In this document: positions 13,312-27,404 of the stretch, one piece after another | How the letters are laid out: each line of letters starts with the position of its first letter | Numbering within the stretch: the stretch's first letter is position 1 | NCBI GenBank assembly: GCA_951406725.2 | Contig: OX597839.1 | Span: 17,112,001-17,176,000, forward strand | Origin: Octopus vulgaris | Taxonomy: Eukaryota | Direction of reading: 5' to 3' | Length of the DNA stretch: 64,000 bases | Notes under the pieces: model-generated | What the model was told of the DNA's origin: nothing | Database searches by the model: none | What the model saw: only the letters and a program-made list of their open reading frames with translations | Translations under genes and position numbers: made by a program

Positions 13312-13734
13312 GTAGACGTACACACATCAATGATGCATGATGGAGCTTTGATGCAGTCGCTCAATCTATAGACAGAGCAGCCAAATCTATTTTAGCAGCA
13401 TCAATGAATAAATTCTCTGAACAACATCCCAAACATGGACAACATTAACACAAAAATATAAGCCAATGATTGGGAATCCTGGATGTTTAAGACAGAAATC
13501 TGAAATGCTTTTTAAAATAAACTTTAGCGTGAAGATAGGCACTTATTTTCACAAACTCGGAGTATCCAGGAAATATGCACTGCAATGAATATACATACAT
13601 ACATAAAAACACACACACACACACACATATATATATATGCACACATACATGAATACATACATGAATACATACATATATACATACATACTTATGCAGATCT
13701 ATGCATACATCCATACATGCATACCTACCTACCT

Positions 13735-13949
13735 ATTTCTTTATTACCCACAAGGGGACAAACAATGACAGACAAATGGATTAAGTCGATTATATCGACC
13801 CCAGTGCATAACTGGTACTTAATTTATCGACCCCGAAAGGATGAAAGGCAAAGTCGACCTCGGCGGAACTTGAACTCAAAACATAACAGCAGATGAAATA
13901 CGGCTACGCATTTTGTCCGGTGTGCTAACAATTCTGCCAGCTCGCTGCC
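13735..13949 (-). mobile_element. SINE family A
   Basis: Reverse complement of 217-448. Confidence 0.9.
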
Positions 13950-14749
13950 TACCTACCTACCTACCTACATACATACATACATACATACATACATACATAC
14001 ATACATACATACAACCACCACAGGGTTTTACAAAGCATCAATCAAATAAATTTCACCCGTAAGGTATTTGTCGACTACAGAACACCCTGGTAGAAGACCC
14101 TTGCCCATAATGCTGTTGCACAGAGATTGAACCCAAAACTCCATGTTTGTCAAGCAAACTTTCTAACTTTACACCAATGCCTCACACTCCTACCATTTCA
14201 GAGAACATATTTGGCTGGAATTCAGTTATGGATTATGCTTTACTGTTCACACCAATAAGTAGTCTATATAAATATACGTAAATGCTTGTATCCATCCATT
14301 CATCATTGCATCTATCTAGCTAGACAACCAACCAGCCAGCCACACATATATGCACACTCATATACATACACACAAACTCTCACAGATGTATGTCTACACA
14401 TATATTTCTAATTGAGAAATTTGGTATAACATACTTCCATACAATGGTTTTGTGGCCATGCTGGATATCTTGACTTGAAAAAATTAATTCACTCTTCACT
14501 TTTGTACTAATCAATATAAAGTTACTGCTGCTATCATATATATATATATATATCATCATCATCATCATCATCGTTTAGCGTCCGCTTTCCATGCTAGCAT
14601 GGGTTGGACGGGTCAACTGGGGTCTGTGAAGCTGGAAGGCTTCGTCAGGCCCAGTCAGATCTGGCAGTGTTTCTACGGCTGGATGCCCTTCCTAACGCCA
14701 ACCACTCCGCAAGTGTAGTGGGTGTTTTTCACGTGCCACCTGCACAGGT

Positions 14750-15332
14750 GCCAGACAGAGCTGGCGAACGGCCACGAACGGATGGTGCTTTTACGTGTCA
14801 CCGGCACGGGGCCAGGCGATGCTGGCAACGGACACGAACGGATGGTGCTTTTACGTGCCACCGACACGGGGCCAGACAGAGCTGACAAACGGCCATGAAC
14901 GGACGGTGCTTTTACGTGTCACTGGCACGGGGGTCAGCCGAGGCTGGCAACGGACACAAACGGATGGTGCTTTTACGTGCCACCGACACGGGGCCAGACA
15001 GAGCTGGCAAACGGCCACGAACGGATGGTGCTTTTACGTGCCACTGACACGGGGCCAGACAGAGCTGGCAAACGGCCACGAACGGATGGTGCTTTTACGT
15101 GCCACTGACACGGGGCCAGACAGAGCTGGCAAACGGCCACGAACGGACGGTGCTTTTACGTGTCACCGGCACGGGGCCAGGTGAGGCTGGCAACGAACAC
15201 GAACGGATGGTGCTTTTACGTGCCACCGACACGGGGCCAGGCAGAGCTGGCAAACGGCCACGAGCGAATGGTGCTTTTACGTATCACCGGCACGGGTGCC
15301 AGACGAGGCTGACAGCGGACACGAGTGGATGG
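14750..15332. repeat. about 10 x 60-61-bp GC-rich minisatellite in the RTE 3' UTR
   Basis: Unit gccagacagagctggcaaacggccacgaacggatggtgcttttacgtgccaccgacacggg; two unit types in order A B A B A A A B A B. Confidence 0.95.
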
Positions 15333-15379
15333 GTCACTTAACCCCTGCTTTCTGATATATGATTTGATTTTGATTGTTC

Positions 15380-16110
15380 TCACTGGTCTTGCCGGGTCTT
15401 CTCACGCACAGCATACTTCCATAGGTCTCGGTCTCTGGTCATTTCCTTGGTGAGACCTAGAGTTCGAAGGTCGTGCTTCACCACCTCGACCCAGGTTTTC
15501 CTGGGTCTACCTCTTCCACAGGTCCCCTCAACTGCCAGGGTGTGGCACTTTTTCACACACCTATCTTCATCCATTCTCACCACATGACCATACCAGCGCA
15601 ATCGTCTCTCTTGCACACAACATCTGATTCCTCTTAGGTCCAACTTTTCTCTCAAGGTACTTACACTCTGTCGACTATGAACACTGACATTACACATCCA
15701 ACGGAGCATACTAGCTTCATTTCTCGCGAGCTTACGCATGTCCTCAGCAGTCACGGCCCATGTTTCACTGCCGTGTAGCATGGCTGTTCGTACACATGCA
15801 TCATACAGTCTGCCTTTTACTCTGAGCGAGAGGCCTTTAGTCACCAACAGAGGTAAGAGCTCCCTAAACTTTGCCCAGGCTATTCTTACTCTAGCCGTTA
15901 CACTTTCAGCACACCCACCCCCACTACTGACTTGGTCACCAAGATAACGGAAGCTATCAACTACTTCTAGTTTTTCCCCCTGGAAAGTGACGGAAGTTGT
16001 TTTCTGCAGATTTTCAGAGGTTAATGCTCCCGAGCATCTGCCACATACAAAAACCATCTTCCTAGTTAGCCTTCCTATGACATTGCTGCACCTCTTATGT
16101 GTCCATAGCT
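15380..16110 (-). pseudogene. RTE LINE ORF2 C-terminal fragment (post-RT region, uninterrupted frame)
   Basis: KLWTHKRC...FVCGRC Cys/His motif, LEVVDSFRYLGD, RIAWAKFRELLPLL, MLHGSETWA, RRLRWYGHVVRM, GRGRPRKTW. Confidence 0.92.
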
Positions 16111-16157
16111 TATTATATACACATGCACACTAACACACAAACACACACACACACACA

Positions 16158-16203
<46 letters not shown>

Positions 16204-16208
<5 letters not shown>

Positions 16209-16897
16209 GGTGCGACGGCTAAATTGTCACCAGTTTATACGCATTGTTTGTTTTTGGTATTGTTGACTACACAGTATTGAAGGGTCAGTTGGGCACTGTC
16301 TGTGAGAAAAACAGCACTGTGACACAATTCACTCTGCCAGAAATTTGGAAACGACATGCTGTACTGCGTGGCATTCATGCCAGAAGCTTCAGTATGAACA
16401 TGTACCAATATGAACATGTACTGAGAGTGATAAAAATCAAACATCCAGTCAACATCATGGTGTTTGGAATGATCACTAGTGATGTCGATGTTATACCTCC
16501 ATTCATCTTCCCACATGGCCTCAGACTCAATATGGGGTCCTACATCAAGTGCCTGGAAGAAGTAGTGCTGCCCTAGGTGAAGAGGGTGGCTGCTGGAAGA
16601 CCTTATGTCTGGCAACAAGACTCTGCACCATGCCGTGCAAGCAGGAGAACCCAGTCATGGCTGTCAGACAATTTCTGTGACCACATCACCCCTAACATCA
16701 GGCCACCTAACTCCCCAGACTGCAAGCCCCTTGATTATTATGTGTGGAGTGCAGTTGAACAAGAGACCGACAAAACTCTTCGTAACACCAAAGATGAACT
16801 GAAGGCGAGGATTATGGCAGAATTCACTAACTTAAACATGGAGAACATGCAAAAAGATTGCAGGAGATTCCAAAATTGCCTCTCAAGAAGAACTTAA
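16204..16897 (+). mobile_element. DD37D (maT-family) Tc1/mariner transposon relic, internally deleted
   Basis: TIR-like cagagggtgcgacggctaaattg; KHPVNIMVFG...; WQQDSAP...SPDCKPLDYYVW with 37 residues between the 2nd and 3rd catalytic Asp; in-frame stop at 16574-16576. Confidence 0.88.
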
Positions 16898-17020
16898 ATA
16901 AAACTCAAAGAAAAATCATACATACATACATAAGCACATACAACGATATGTAGGATGTTATGTAGATAAACTTATGCCCTGCATATTTTATTTGAACTTA
17001 TGTTCTGAGAGAGGAACTGT

Positions 17021-17650
17021 TTGGGATTGATCAGGCAGTTCTTTCAGTTCTATCTGAGGCTTTATATAGCTATGGTGCAGCCTCACCTGGAATTTGCATC
17101 ACTGGTCTGGAACCCCTATCTAGTCTGGAAACCGTTCAGCAATGTGCAACCAAGAGAATACCCTCCATCTGGCATTTGCCATATTCTGAATGCCTTACTT
17201 CCCTGGGCATTGAAACTCCGACGTCTGGCAACTGACTTGGCAGACACCCATAAAATTATTAACCATCTTACAAACAATAACTCTGAGCACCTTTTCAAAC
17301 TTCACCTGTCTAACACCCATGGGCATGTTTACAAAGTCAGAAAACAGCACAGCTCTCATGACTTTCAGAAACATTTTTTCACGCTGAGATTTGCTGAAGC
17401 ATGGAGCAAACTGCTGGCATCAGTTGTTAGTTGTCGGAGCACTGCATCTTTCAAAACTTCCATGCTTCCTGAGATTCGCCAACACTACAACTGATTTCCT
17501 CCCCTCCATACACACGCAAGCATGTATCTGACTCATACACTGTCCACTTTTCAGACATTTGTACATTACTGCATATGCTTTATATGCACCTTTGACAAGC
17601 TGTAGTGCATCTGAGCACTGTATACAATAATTTCATCCTTATTGTATTAC
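17021..17650 (+). mobile_element. CR1-group LINE 3' fragment
   Basis: LYIAMVQPHLEFASLVWNPY, LRRLATDL...KII, THGHVYKV, KHFFTLRFAEAWSKL, followed by a 3' UTR. Confidence 0.85.
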
Positions 17651-17948
17651 TATAATTATGTCTCTATCCTACAGCTTATACGTTGTCAATATTCCATGAC
17701 CTTTTACTTCTCTTTTCCTTTGTATGTAAATCAGCTAGAACACTCACTGTTACAAACAACGGAGAACCAGGCTATACTTATTACACCAGGTCAAGGATAC
17801 ATTTAGGAATATACACAGTGGTTTATATAGAGATGATGTTCTCACAACTGTTTTTAATCACTCACCTTCTAAACTTGAAAGACTCAGGAAAAAGTTACTT
17901 GAATTCTTTTGGCTATATAATCTTTCAATGTCATTTGAAAGAAATATT

Positions 17949-18391
17949 GATTTCAAATTTTGGTACAAGACCAGCAATTTCGGTAGGTTGAGAGGCAGTA
18001 AGTCAATTACATTGACACCAGTGTTCAACTGGTACTTATTTTATTGACCTTGAAAGGATGAAAGGCAAAGTTGACCTCAGCAGAATTTGAACTCAGAATG
18101 TAAAGACAGACAAAATACCATCAAGCATTTAGCCTGGCATGCTAACAGTTCTGCCAACTGGTTGCATTCGAAAGGAATATTGGTTTCAAATTTTGGCTCA
18201 ATGCCAGCAAGTTTGGGGGAGGGGATAAGTCAATTACATTGACCCCAGTCTTAACCAGTACTTATTTTATCGACCCCCATAAGGATATAAGACAAAGTTG
18301 ACCTCAGCAAAGTTTGAACTCAGAATGTAACGTCAAACAAAATACCATTAAACACTTTGCCCAGCATGCTAATGATTCTGCTAGTCTGGTG
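17949..18391 (-). mobile_element. head-to-tail dimer of SINE family A
   Basis: Two copies bounded by three copies of catttgaaagaaatatt (17932, 18165 variant, 18392). Confidence 0.85.
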
Positions 18392-18544
18392 CATTTGAAA
18401 GAAATATTTAAAAAAATTTTATTTTCTTGATGTTACATTGGATCTTCAGACCATTTCTAGCTCAATTTGCTCCATGACTGTTATCTTATCTCAAGACAAT
18501 ATGTCCGTCCTTTCCCTTCATGGCAAATCATCTTTTTTTTTTTT

Positions 18545-18912
18545 ATACTTGTTTCAGTCATTTGACTGTGGCCTTGCTGGAGCACTGCCTTTAGTCGAGC
18601 AAATCAACCCCAGGACTTATTCTTTGTAAGCCTAGTACTTATTCTATCGGTCTCTTTTGCCGAACTTCTAAGTTACGGGGACATAAACACACCAGCATCG
18701 ATTGTCAAGCGATGTTGGGGCAGGGGACAAAGACAGGCACACAAACACATATATACGATGGGCTTCTTTCAGTTTCCGTCTACCAAATCCACTCACAAGG
18801 CTTTGGTCAGCCCGAGACTATAGTAGAAGACACTTGCTCAAGGTGCCATGCAGTGGGACTGAACCTGGAACCATGTGGTTCATAAGCTAGCTACTTACCA
18901 CACAGCCAATCC
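18545..18912 (-). mobile_element. SINE family B
   Basis: Reverse complement of family B. Confidence 0.9.
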
Positions 18913-19017
18913 TGGAGAATTTTTGATTTTTGAGATTATCTTCCCTTCCCAAATAAATCTAGTCTTGATTGCCATTTGGTCATTATGACACATCCTCTAG
19001 TAATGGAAATAATTTAT

Positions 19018-19236
19018 CCCTTTAGCATTCAGATTACTCTGCTAAATGCATTGTTTATTTATTCGCATTGTTTTTACTTTATCATGCATTATCTTGTAGA
19101 TTTGAGATTTTATGATGTGATTGTTTCTTTTTAGAATGATGTTGTGGGCTAGGTGTAAGCAGCTGGACATGGCTTGCTTGAACATAAAACAAGTAGACTA
19201 TTGTGGCCAGATATGGTCGGTTTAAATACTAAAGGG
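19018..19236. mobile_element. piggyBac-type MITE (second copy)
   Basis: ccctttagca ... tactaaaggg; homologous to 6466-6688; TTAA flanks mutated. Confidence 0.8.
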
Positions 19237-19436
19237 TAAAATAAAACAAGAATTTACGTTGTATGACACGATGTACATGTATTTGATTATGTTGTTTACA
19301 AGCATGTCATTGGTCACTTAGTTATTTCTCTCATCATATATGTATATGTCTGTGTGTATGTGTGTGTGAGTCTGTGTGTGTTTGTGTGTGAGTATGTATA
19401 TATGCATACATACATATCTATCTATCTATCTATCTA

Positions 19437-19530
<94 letters not shown>

Positions 19531-19744
19531 ATAGAAATATTAAAATTACTAAGTCTCCCTAAAGGAGATTACGGCAGCGTTACTGGAAATTAATAGTTAT
19601 CACCATTCTAATATGGCAGTCTTATAAATATAAGACTAAAGCTGTCGCTGATTAGCTCCATGAGGCCATTGCCTTAAGCTAGCTATTTGACACACAAACT
19701 GCGTCCATTATAAACCTTCGAACAAGGGAGGTCAGCCGCTTCAT

Positions 19745-19820
19745 CCTGCCAGTCAGACAGCTACAGACGACATTTCAGGGTTGTTGCCCCTTATCAATGC
19801 AGCGTAGTCAGACTTGCAGG
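19745..19820 (-). ncRNA. type I hammerhead ribozyme, U3:A8 variant (inverted copy)
   Basis: Reverse complement of the 20.0-kb motif; helix III reads GAAAUGUCGUC. Confidence 0.7.
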
Positions 19821-19991
19821 TGTCGCTACTGATCGTCCCAGTTCGAAGGCTTTATTTACCTAGTTTTAGTGAAATACATCCACTTGTTTTCAATAATAGA
19901 AATATTAAAATTACTAAGTCTCTCTAAAGGAGATTACGACAGCGTTACTGGAAATTAATAGTCAGACAGCTACAGACGATCAGTAGCGACA

Positions 19992-20067
19992 CCTGCAAGT
20001 CTGACTACGCTGCATTGATAAGGGGCAACAACCCTGAAACATCGTCTGTAGCTGTCTGACTGGCAGG
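19992..20067 (+). ncRNA. type I hammerhead ribozyme, U3:A8 variant
   Basis: Stem I GCUGCA (20009-14)/UGUAGC (20047-52); core UUGAUAA (20015-21); stem II GGGG-CAACAA-CCCU; GAAA (20036-39); helix III AC-AUC-GU; C17 at 20046; stem I extends with bulge to CCUGC/GCAGG. Confidence 0.75.
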
Positions 20068-20759
20068 ATGAAGCGGCTGACCTCCCTTGTTCGAAGGTTT
20101 ATAATGGACGCAGTTTGTGTGTCAAATAGCTAGCTTAAGGCGATGGCCTCATGGAGCTAATCAGCAACAGCTTTAGTCTTATATTTATAAGACTGCCATA
20201 TTAGTATGGTGATAACTATTAGTATCTATCTATCTATATATACACACGCACACATATATAGTTAGATAGAGACATAGCTAGATAAATAAATACATACATA
20301 CTAACAATGTTTAAACATACATATATGTAAGTGCGAGTGTGTGTATGAATGTATATGTATGTGTGTGTGCGTGCTTGTGTGTGTGTATAATACATTATGT
20401 GTGCAATTATATGTGTCTGCATTTGCATGTATAAGTGCAATGCATGATGAGTGAGGGAGAGAGACAGACAGACAGAAACAGAGTTAGGGAGAGAGTGAAT
20501 GGGGAGACAGAGATAGAAATGAATAAGAGATTGAAGAAGAAGAAGAAGGAGAAGAAGAAGAAGAAGAAGAAGAAGAAGAAGAAGAAGAAGAAAGAGATGA
20601 TAATATTGATGATGATGATGATGATGATGATGGCTATGATGGTGATTTTAGTAAACCGAACAAAGCACAATAAGAGATGATATAAAAACTGTCTAGACGA
20701 AAAAAGGTCTCCTCTTTGTATCATTTCTTTCTTCTAACGTTTGTCCTATATAAATACAT

Positions 20760-22320
<1,561 letters not shown>

Positions 22321-22334
22321 TAAGTTATAAAAAG

Positions 22335-23030
22335 AAGTTTAGGAAGCTACTACCTCTGCTGGATACAAAGGTCTTCTTCCTCAGAGTGAAGGGCAGTTTA
22401 TATGATGTTTGTATTAGAATCGTGATGCCGCATGGTAAGAAGACATAGGCCTTGAATGCAGAAAACTTGATAAGACTGGTGAAATAAAGTGAGCATGCTC
22501 CATTGGATGTACAATGTAAGCATGCATGAATGACTTTGTATACAAGTAGGTGCTGAAAAGTTCACGACTTTGGGTGAAAGAAAATACAAGAGGATCAGTT
22601 AATTATCAATTTATTCAACGTTTTCCCCTCTCAGATTCATACATATATTGCAGCAGTCCTCATTTTTCCGAAGCCCTGTAAAAAGACTTAGAAGGTTGGG
22701 TCTCCTCCAACCAGGTTTTTCAGGATAGACTTAAAGCCAGGAAATTTTCAGCATCCCCTTGTATATGTGCTGAGAGAAAAAACTAAGCATAAGAGTAATC
22801 AGATGTGTGCAAGAAAGAAATTTGGCTTTGCATGGTCATGTGATGCATATGGAAAAGGACAACAGTACAAAGAAATGCTAACTGCTTAATGTGCATGGAG
22901 TTTGGGAAGAAGGAGACCCAGGAAGAAATGGGATGAAGTGGTGAAGGCTGATCTTGATACCTTGAAACTCACAGTGAAGATAACAAGGAACCAAGATGAC
23001 TGGCAGTGTGCAGTTCTTGAGTGGACCTAA
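22335..23030 (+). mobile_element. decayed RTE ORF2 fragment split by a mariner MITE
   Basis: FRKLLPLL, RVKG.LYDVC, SMLHWMYNV, LREKL, HGHVM: homologous to 15380-16110. Confidence 0.75.
22543..22761. mobile_element. mariner-derived MITE
   Basis: TA|caagtaggtgctgaaaagttc ... gaaattttcagcatccccttg|TA. Confidence 0.8.
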
Positions 23031-23061
23031 TTGGAAAAACCAATCTCTGGAAGCACTGTAT

Positions 23062-23103
<42 letters not shown>

Positions 23104-23898
23104 ATGTGTGTATACACAATAGGGCCCTCTCACCTAGTTTCCTCCTGAAGACACCTCCACCAGCCATCATCTCTCTAACTGCAGCTTTTGCTGTATACCA
23201 CTAATTTTTTTTTTTGTTGCCTAGAACTGTTTCACTTGATATCCATTCTTCATCCTTATACGTTCCTCTCCACCCACATTTCAAATTGATCATTCCCCTG
23301 ATCAAACAGATTATCTCCCCTTTTCCATCATATATCATCTCTTATACTCCTCCTTCCCCTGCCTACCATATCAACATAACTATTCTGCTGCTCTTCAAAT
23401 TGCTGTCATTGGACATCTCATCACTTATCCACCACTCACTACATCTGTACCTCAACATTTGCTCTTCATTCATTATATTCACAGCTCCTCTCACCTACTC
23501 TGCCTGTATCTTTCTTTCTCTCTCCCATAAAATTTTGTAACCTCTCTACCCACTCATATTCTCAGTTCCTCTGTTCTCTCAATTCTGTTTACCTTATACT
23601 TTGAGAGTCCACCCTGATACCTCATCACCATAATTTTTATTTCTTCCTAATGCCACTTTGATTGTTCCATTCTCTCTTCTAATATATGAATAACCATATA
23701 GCTCCTCTACAGCAAGAAACCTGTTCTGTTTTGGCCACTTCTCTCATACTTTAATCCCACACCTCCAAACATAAAGTTGCCTATCTCCGGACTCATAGTA
23801 TTGCAAGCTGCATGGTGACATCACTAGAGCTGGTGGTATGCAAAAAATGGTGTTAGGAAGAGCATCCAGCCATAGAAACTATGCCAATGTAGACAATA

Positions 23899-24315
23899 GG
23901 TGCAGGATTGGCTGTGTGGTAAGTAGCTTGTTTACCAATCACATGGTTCCGGGTTCAGTCCCACTGCGTGGCACCTTGGGCAAGTGTCTTCTACTATAGC
24001 CTCGAGCCGACTAAAGCCTTGTGAGTGGATTTGGTAGACGGAAACTGAAAGAAACCTGTCTTATATATGTATCTATATGTATGTGTGTGTATATGTTTGT
24101 GTGTCTGTGTATATGTTGTGTGTCCCCCTAGCATTGCTTGACAACCGATGCTGGTGTGTTTATGTCCCTGTTACTTAGCGGTTTGGCAAAAGAGACCGAT
24201 AGAATAAGTACTAGGCTTACAAAAGAATAAGTCCCAGGGTCGAGTTGCTTGATTAAAGGCGGTGCTCCAGCATGGCCGCAGTCAAATGACTGAAATAAGT
24301 AAACGAGTAAAGAGT
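23899..24315 (+). mobile_element. SINE family B (full length)
   Basis: Complete head, core and tail; shows the empty site (tactatagcctcg) for the MITE at 959. Confidence 0.92.
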
Positions 24316-24684
24316 AATAATGCATAATGCTGTTTTTTGACCCATCAGATCCTGTAACATCTTCCTAAACATGGCAGCAAGGAACATGGACATTAAATGA
24401 TGATGATGGTAATATATGTATATCAGTTCACTCTTAGTGCTACTAGTAATATGGTACATGGTCAGGCCATCAATGACAAAACTGCCAACCCAGTGTATTC
24501 CATCCTCCAAAGATGGAATAGATTGTCACTAATATGCTGGTTGCAGGTAACTGGATTAACTATGCATCTATTCTTGAAACAGCTGTAAGGACAGTCTACA
24601 TACATTTTCATTTTTGTCTCCCAGTTTTTCGTTTTACCTATGATGACATTCCTTAATCTACTATTTACTATCACTATTATGGAA

Positions 24685-24864
24685 GGCAGTTAGCTGACAG
24701 CATTGTTAGCTCACGGGACAAAATGTTTTGCAGCATTTCATCCATCCTTACACTCTGAGCTCAAATTCTGCCAAAGCTGACTTTGCCTTTCATTCTTTCA
24801 GAGTCAATAAAATACCAGTTCAGCACTGGGGTCGATGCAATTCACTTGGCCTTAACCCCAACTT

Positions 24865-24865
<1 letters not shown>
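24685..24865 (+). mobile_element. SINE family A (diverged)
   Basis: ggcagttagctgacag...gagctcaaattc...cactggggtcga. Confidence 0.8.
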
Positions 24866-24910
<45 letters not shown>

Positions 24911-25086
24911 ACACACACACACACATTAATTTTTGTTTTTATGCTGAGTTATAATAAAGACAATTTTGCATTAAACTGAATGATTACTCCATACCTTGTT
25001 TATTACAATTTTACAGGCCAAAACTTCAAAGTTACTGTCATCATCTTTGTTGAAATATTCTATATGTATATATATATATCATATAG

Positions 25087-25226
25087 ATGATGACGAGGAT
25101 TCCAGTTGAATCCGATCAACGGAACAGCCTGCTTGTGAAATTAACATGCAAGTGGCTGAGCACTCCACAGACACATGTACCCTTAATGTTGTTCTCGGGG
25201 AAATTCAGTGTGACAAGACTGGACCT

Positions 25227-25230
<4 letters not shown>
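25087..25230 (-). mobile_element. SINE family D 3' fragment
   Basis: Homologous to 58540-58815 (gatcaacggaacagcctgcttgtgaaattaac...gagcactccacagacac). Confidence 0.75.
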
Positions 25231-25287
<57 letters not shown>

Positions 25288-25355
25288 TATGTATATATAT
25301 ATATCAAAACATTATAGTACATATAAAACAGCAGCAGCAACAGCAACAGCAGCAA

Positions 25356-25387
<32 letters not shown>

Positions 25388-25499
25388 ACAGCAGTAGCAG
25401 CAACAGTAGCTCTCTATTAGTAAAACCCACAAAGATCTTAATAATCAATACAGAATTGGTAGAGAGAAATTCTGCATAACTTATATATATGTAAGTGTA

Positions 25500-25596
25500 G
25501 ATATGCATGCATATGTGTGTATATATTTATATGTATATATACATATGTCCATATGTATATATGTACATCTATCTCTCTCTCTCTCTCTCTCTACAT

Positions 25597-25641
<45 letters not shown>

Positions 25642-25728
25642 GTATATGTACATATATATGTGTGTGTGTGTGTATGTATATATATGTGTATATATGTATA
25701 GGTATGTATATATATGCATATATGTGTG

Positions 25729-25776
<48 letters not shown>

Positions 25777-26345
25777 CATAAACGTATATACAAGCATCTA
25801 TGTATACATAATGTTTTATTACTCAAATTTCTGAACAATTCTCAATAATTCAGTAAATAAACTTGTCTAAAAGTTTGTCACTCCATCTATATATCTTATC
25901 AAACATTCTGCATTGAATTACACCTGTACATACATACATACATACATACATACATACATACATACATACATACATACATACATACATACATACACACATA
26001 CATACATACATACATACATACATACATACATACATACATACATAGATACATACATACATACATACATACATACATACATAGATACATACATACATACATA
26101 CATACATACATACATACATACATACATACATACATACATACATACATACATACATACATACATACATACATACATACATTTATATATATATATATATGTA
26201 CACACACATACATTCTTATACATATTTCTCTGAATATATTACAGCATCTGTCTAAATATATTATAATCTATATACTGATCAATGAATAACCCACTTACTA
26301 TATATAATTAAATATAAATATACATAAATAAATTTCTGATATTTG

Positions 26346-26377
<32 letters not shown>

Positions 26378-26752
26378 AAGACAAAGAAACAGAAATGTAG
26401 ACATGTACACATACATATCTGCATGCACATGTCACACACACATGCATATGTATGTGCATGTGTGTATGTAAGGATATGTGTGTGTCTGGAGATAGATAGA
26501 TAGTTAGAGAGAGAGAGAGAAAGAGAGAGAGATATATAGAGAGAGATAGAGAGAGATACATAATAGGTTTCAATCAGTTTCCTCAAATAATTCCTCTCAT
26601 TAGACTTTGTTCAGCCTGAGGCTATAGTAGAAGACACTTGCCGATATATGTATGTCTATATATATATTATATATATAATGTATGTTTAAATACATAAATA
26701 CATACATATATACATACACACACACACACACACACACACAATATATATATAT

Positions 26753-26816
<64 letters not shown>

Positions 26817-26949
26817 GTATATATGTATGTATATACATACATACACACATATATATATGTATGTATATAAATATATATATATATATATACATGTATGTAT
26901 ATACATACATACATACACACACATATATATATATATATGTATATATATG

Positions 26950-26989
<40 letters not shown>

Positions 26990-26990
26990 T
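25500..26990. repeat. (TA)n and long (TACA)n microsatellites
   Basis: Directly visible; (TACA)n about 25927-26179. Confidence 0.95.
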
Positions 26991-27404
26991 GTTTTCATGT
27001 GATATTATATTTAAAAACAGTTTAACATAAAAGTGAAAGGTTGCTTGAATAACTTAATACCTTTTAGAAAAGTACATGGCTATTATTTTTTATAAGGAAA
27101 TGGCTGACAGTAACTTTGAAGTTTGAACTTGCTCATCTCTGTCAGATGATGTGACAAAGCTGAGCAAGCCAAAACCTCGGTGTCACTCTTTAATTTTGAA
27201 ATAGGATAAGTCAACCTCATAACATGAGTACATTTAAAAATTTTTATTGAACTACATTCTTTTATTTAAAAGTGTCACATAGCAAATTCTTTTAGATCTT
27301 CATCTGCAAGCAGATGATAGTACTTAACTTGCTTGAGAATTAACTGTCTGGTCTACAATAATATAATTTATCATTAGTTCCTTCTCATTCCTTCTATGAA
27401 GCTT

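Larger units (their letters stand above)
14553..16110 (-). mobile_element. RTE-clade LINE, 5'-truncated, young
   Basis: ORF2 C-terminus, 3' UTR with 60-bp tandem array, (GAT)n tail; CpGs largely retained. Confidence 0.93.
19531..20221. mobile_element. Penelope-like pLTR / retrozyme-like element (365-bp unit, partial direct repeat, inverted copy)
   Basis: Direct repeat 19531-19597 = 19896-19962; inverted arms 19591-19837 and 19975-20221 nearly identical; inserted in (TATC)n; HHR in each arm; no ORF. Confidence 0.8.

Noticed and set aside
14750-15332. CRISPR-like repeat/spacer appearance
   Set aside because: The apparent spacers are only two recurring variants, the context is a eukaryotic LINE UTR, and there are no cas genes
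24427-24546. 120-nt open frame between ag and gtaact
   Set aside because: No polypyrimidine tract and no recognisable protein; cannot be supported without RNA data
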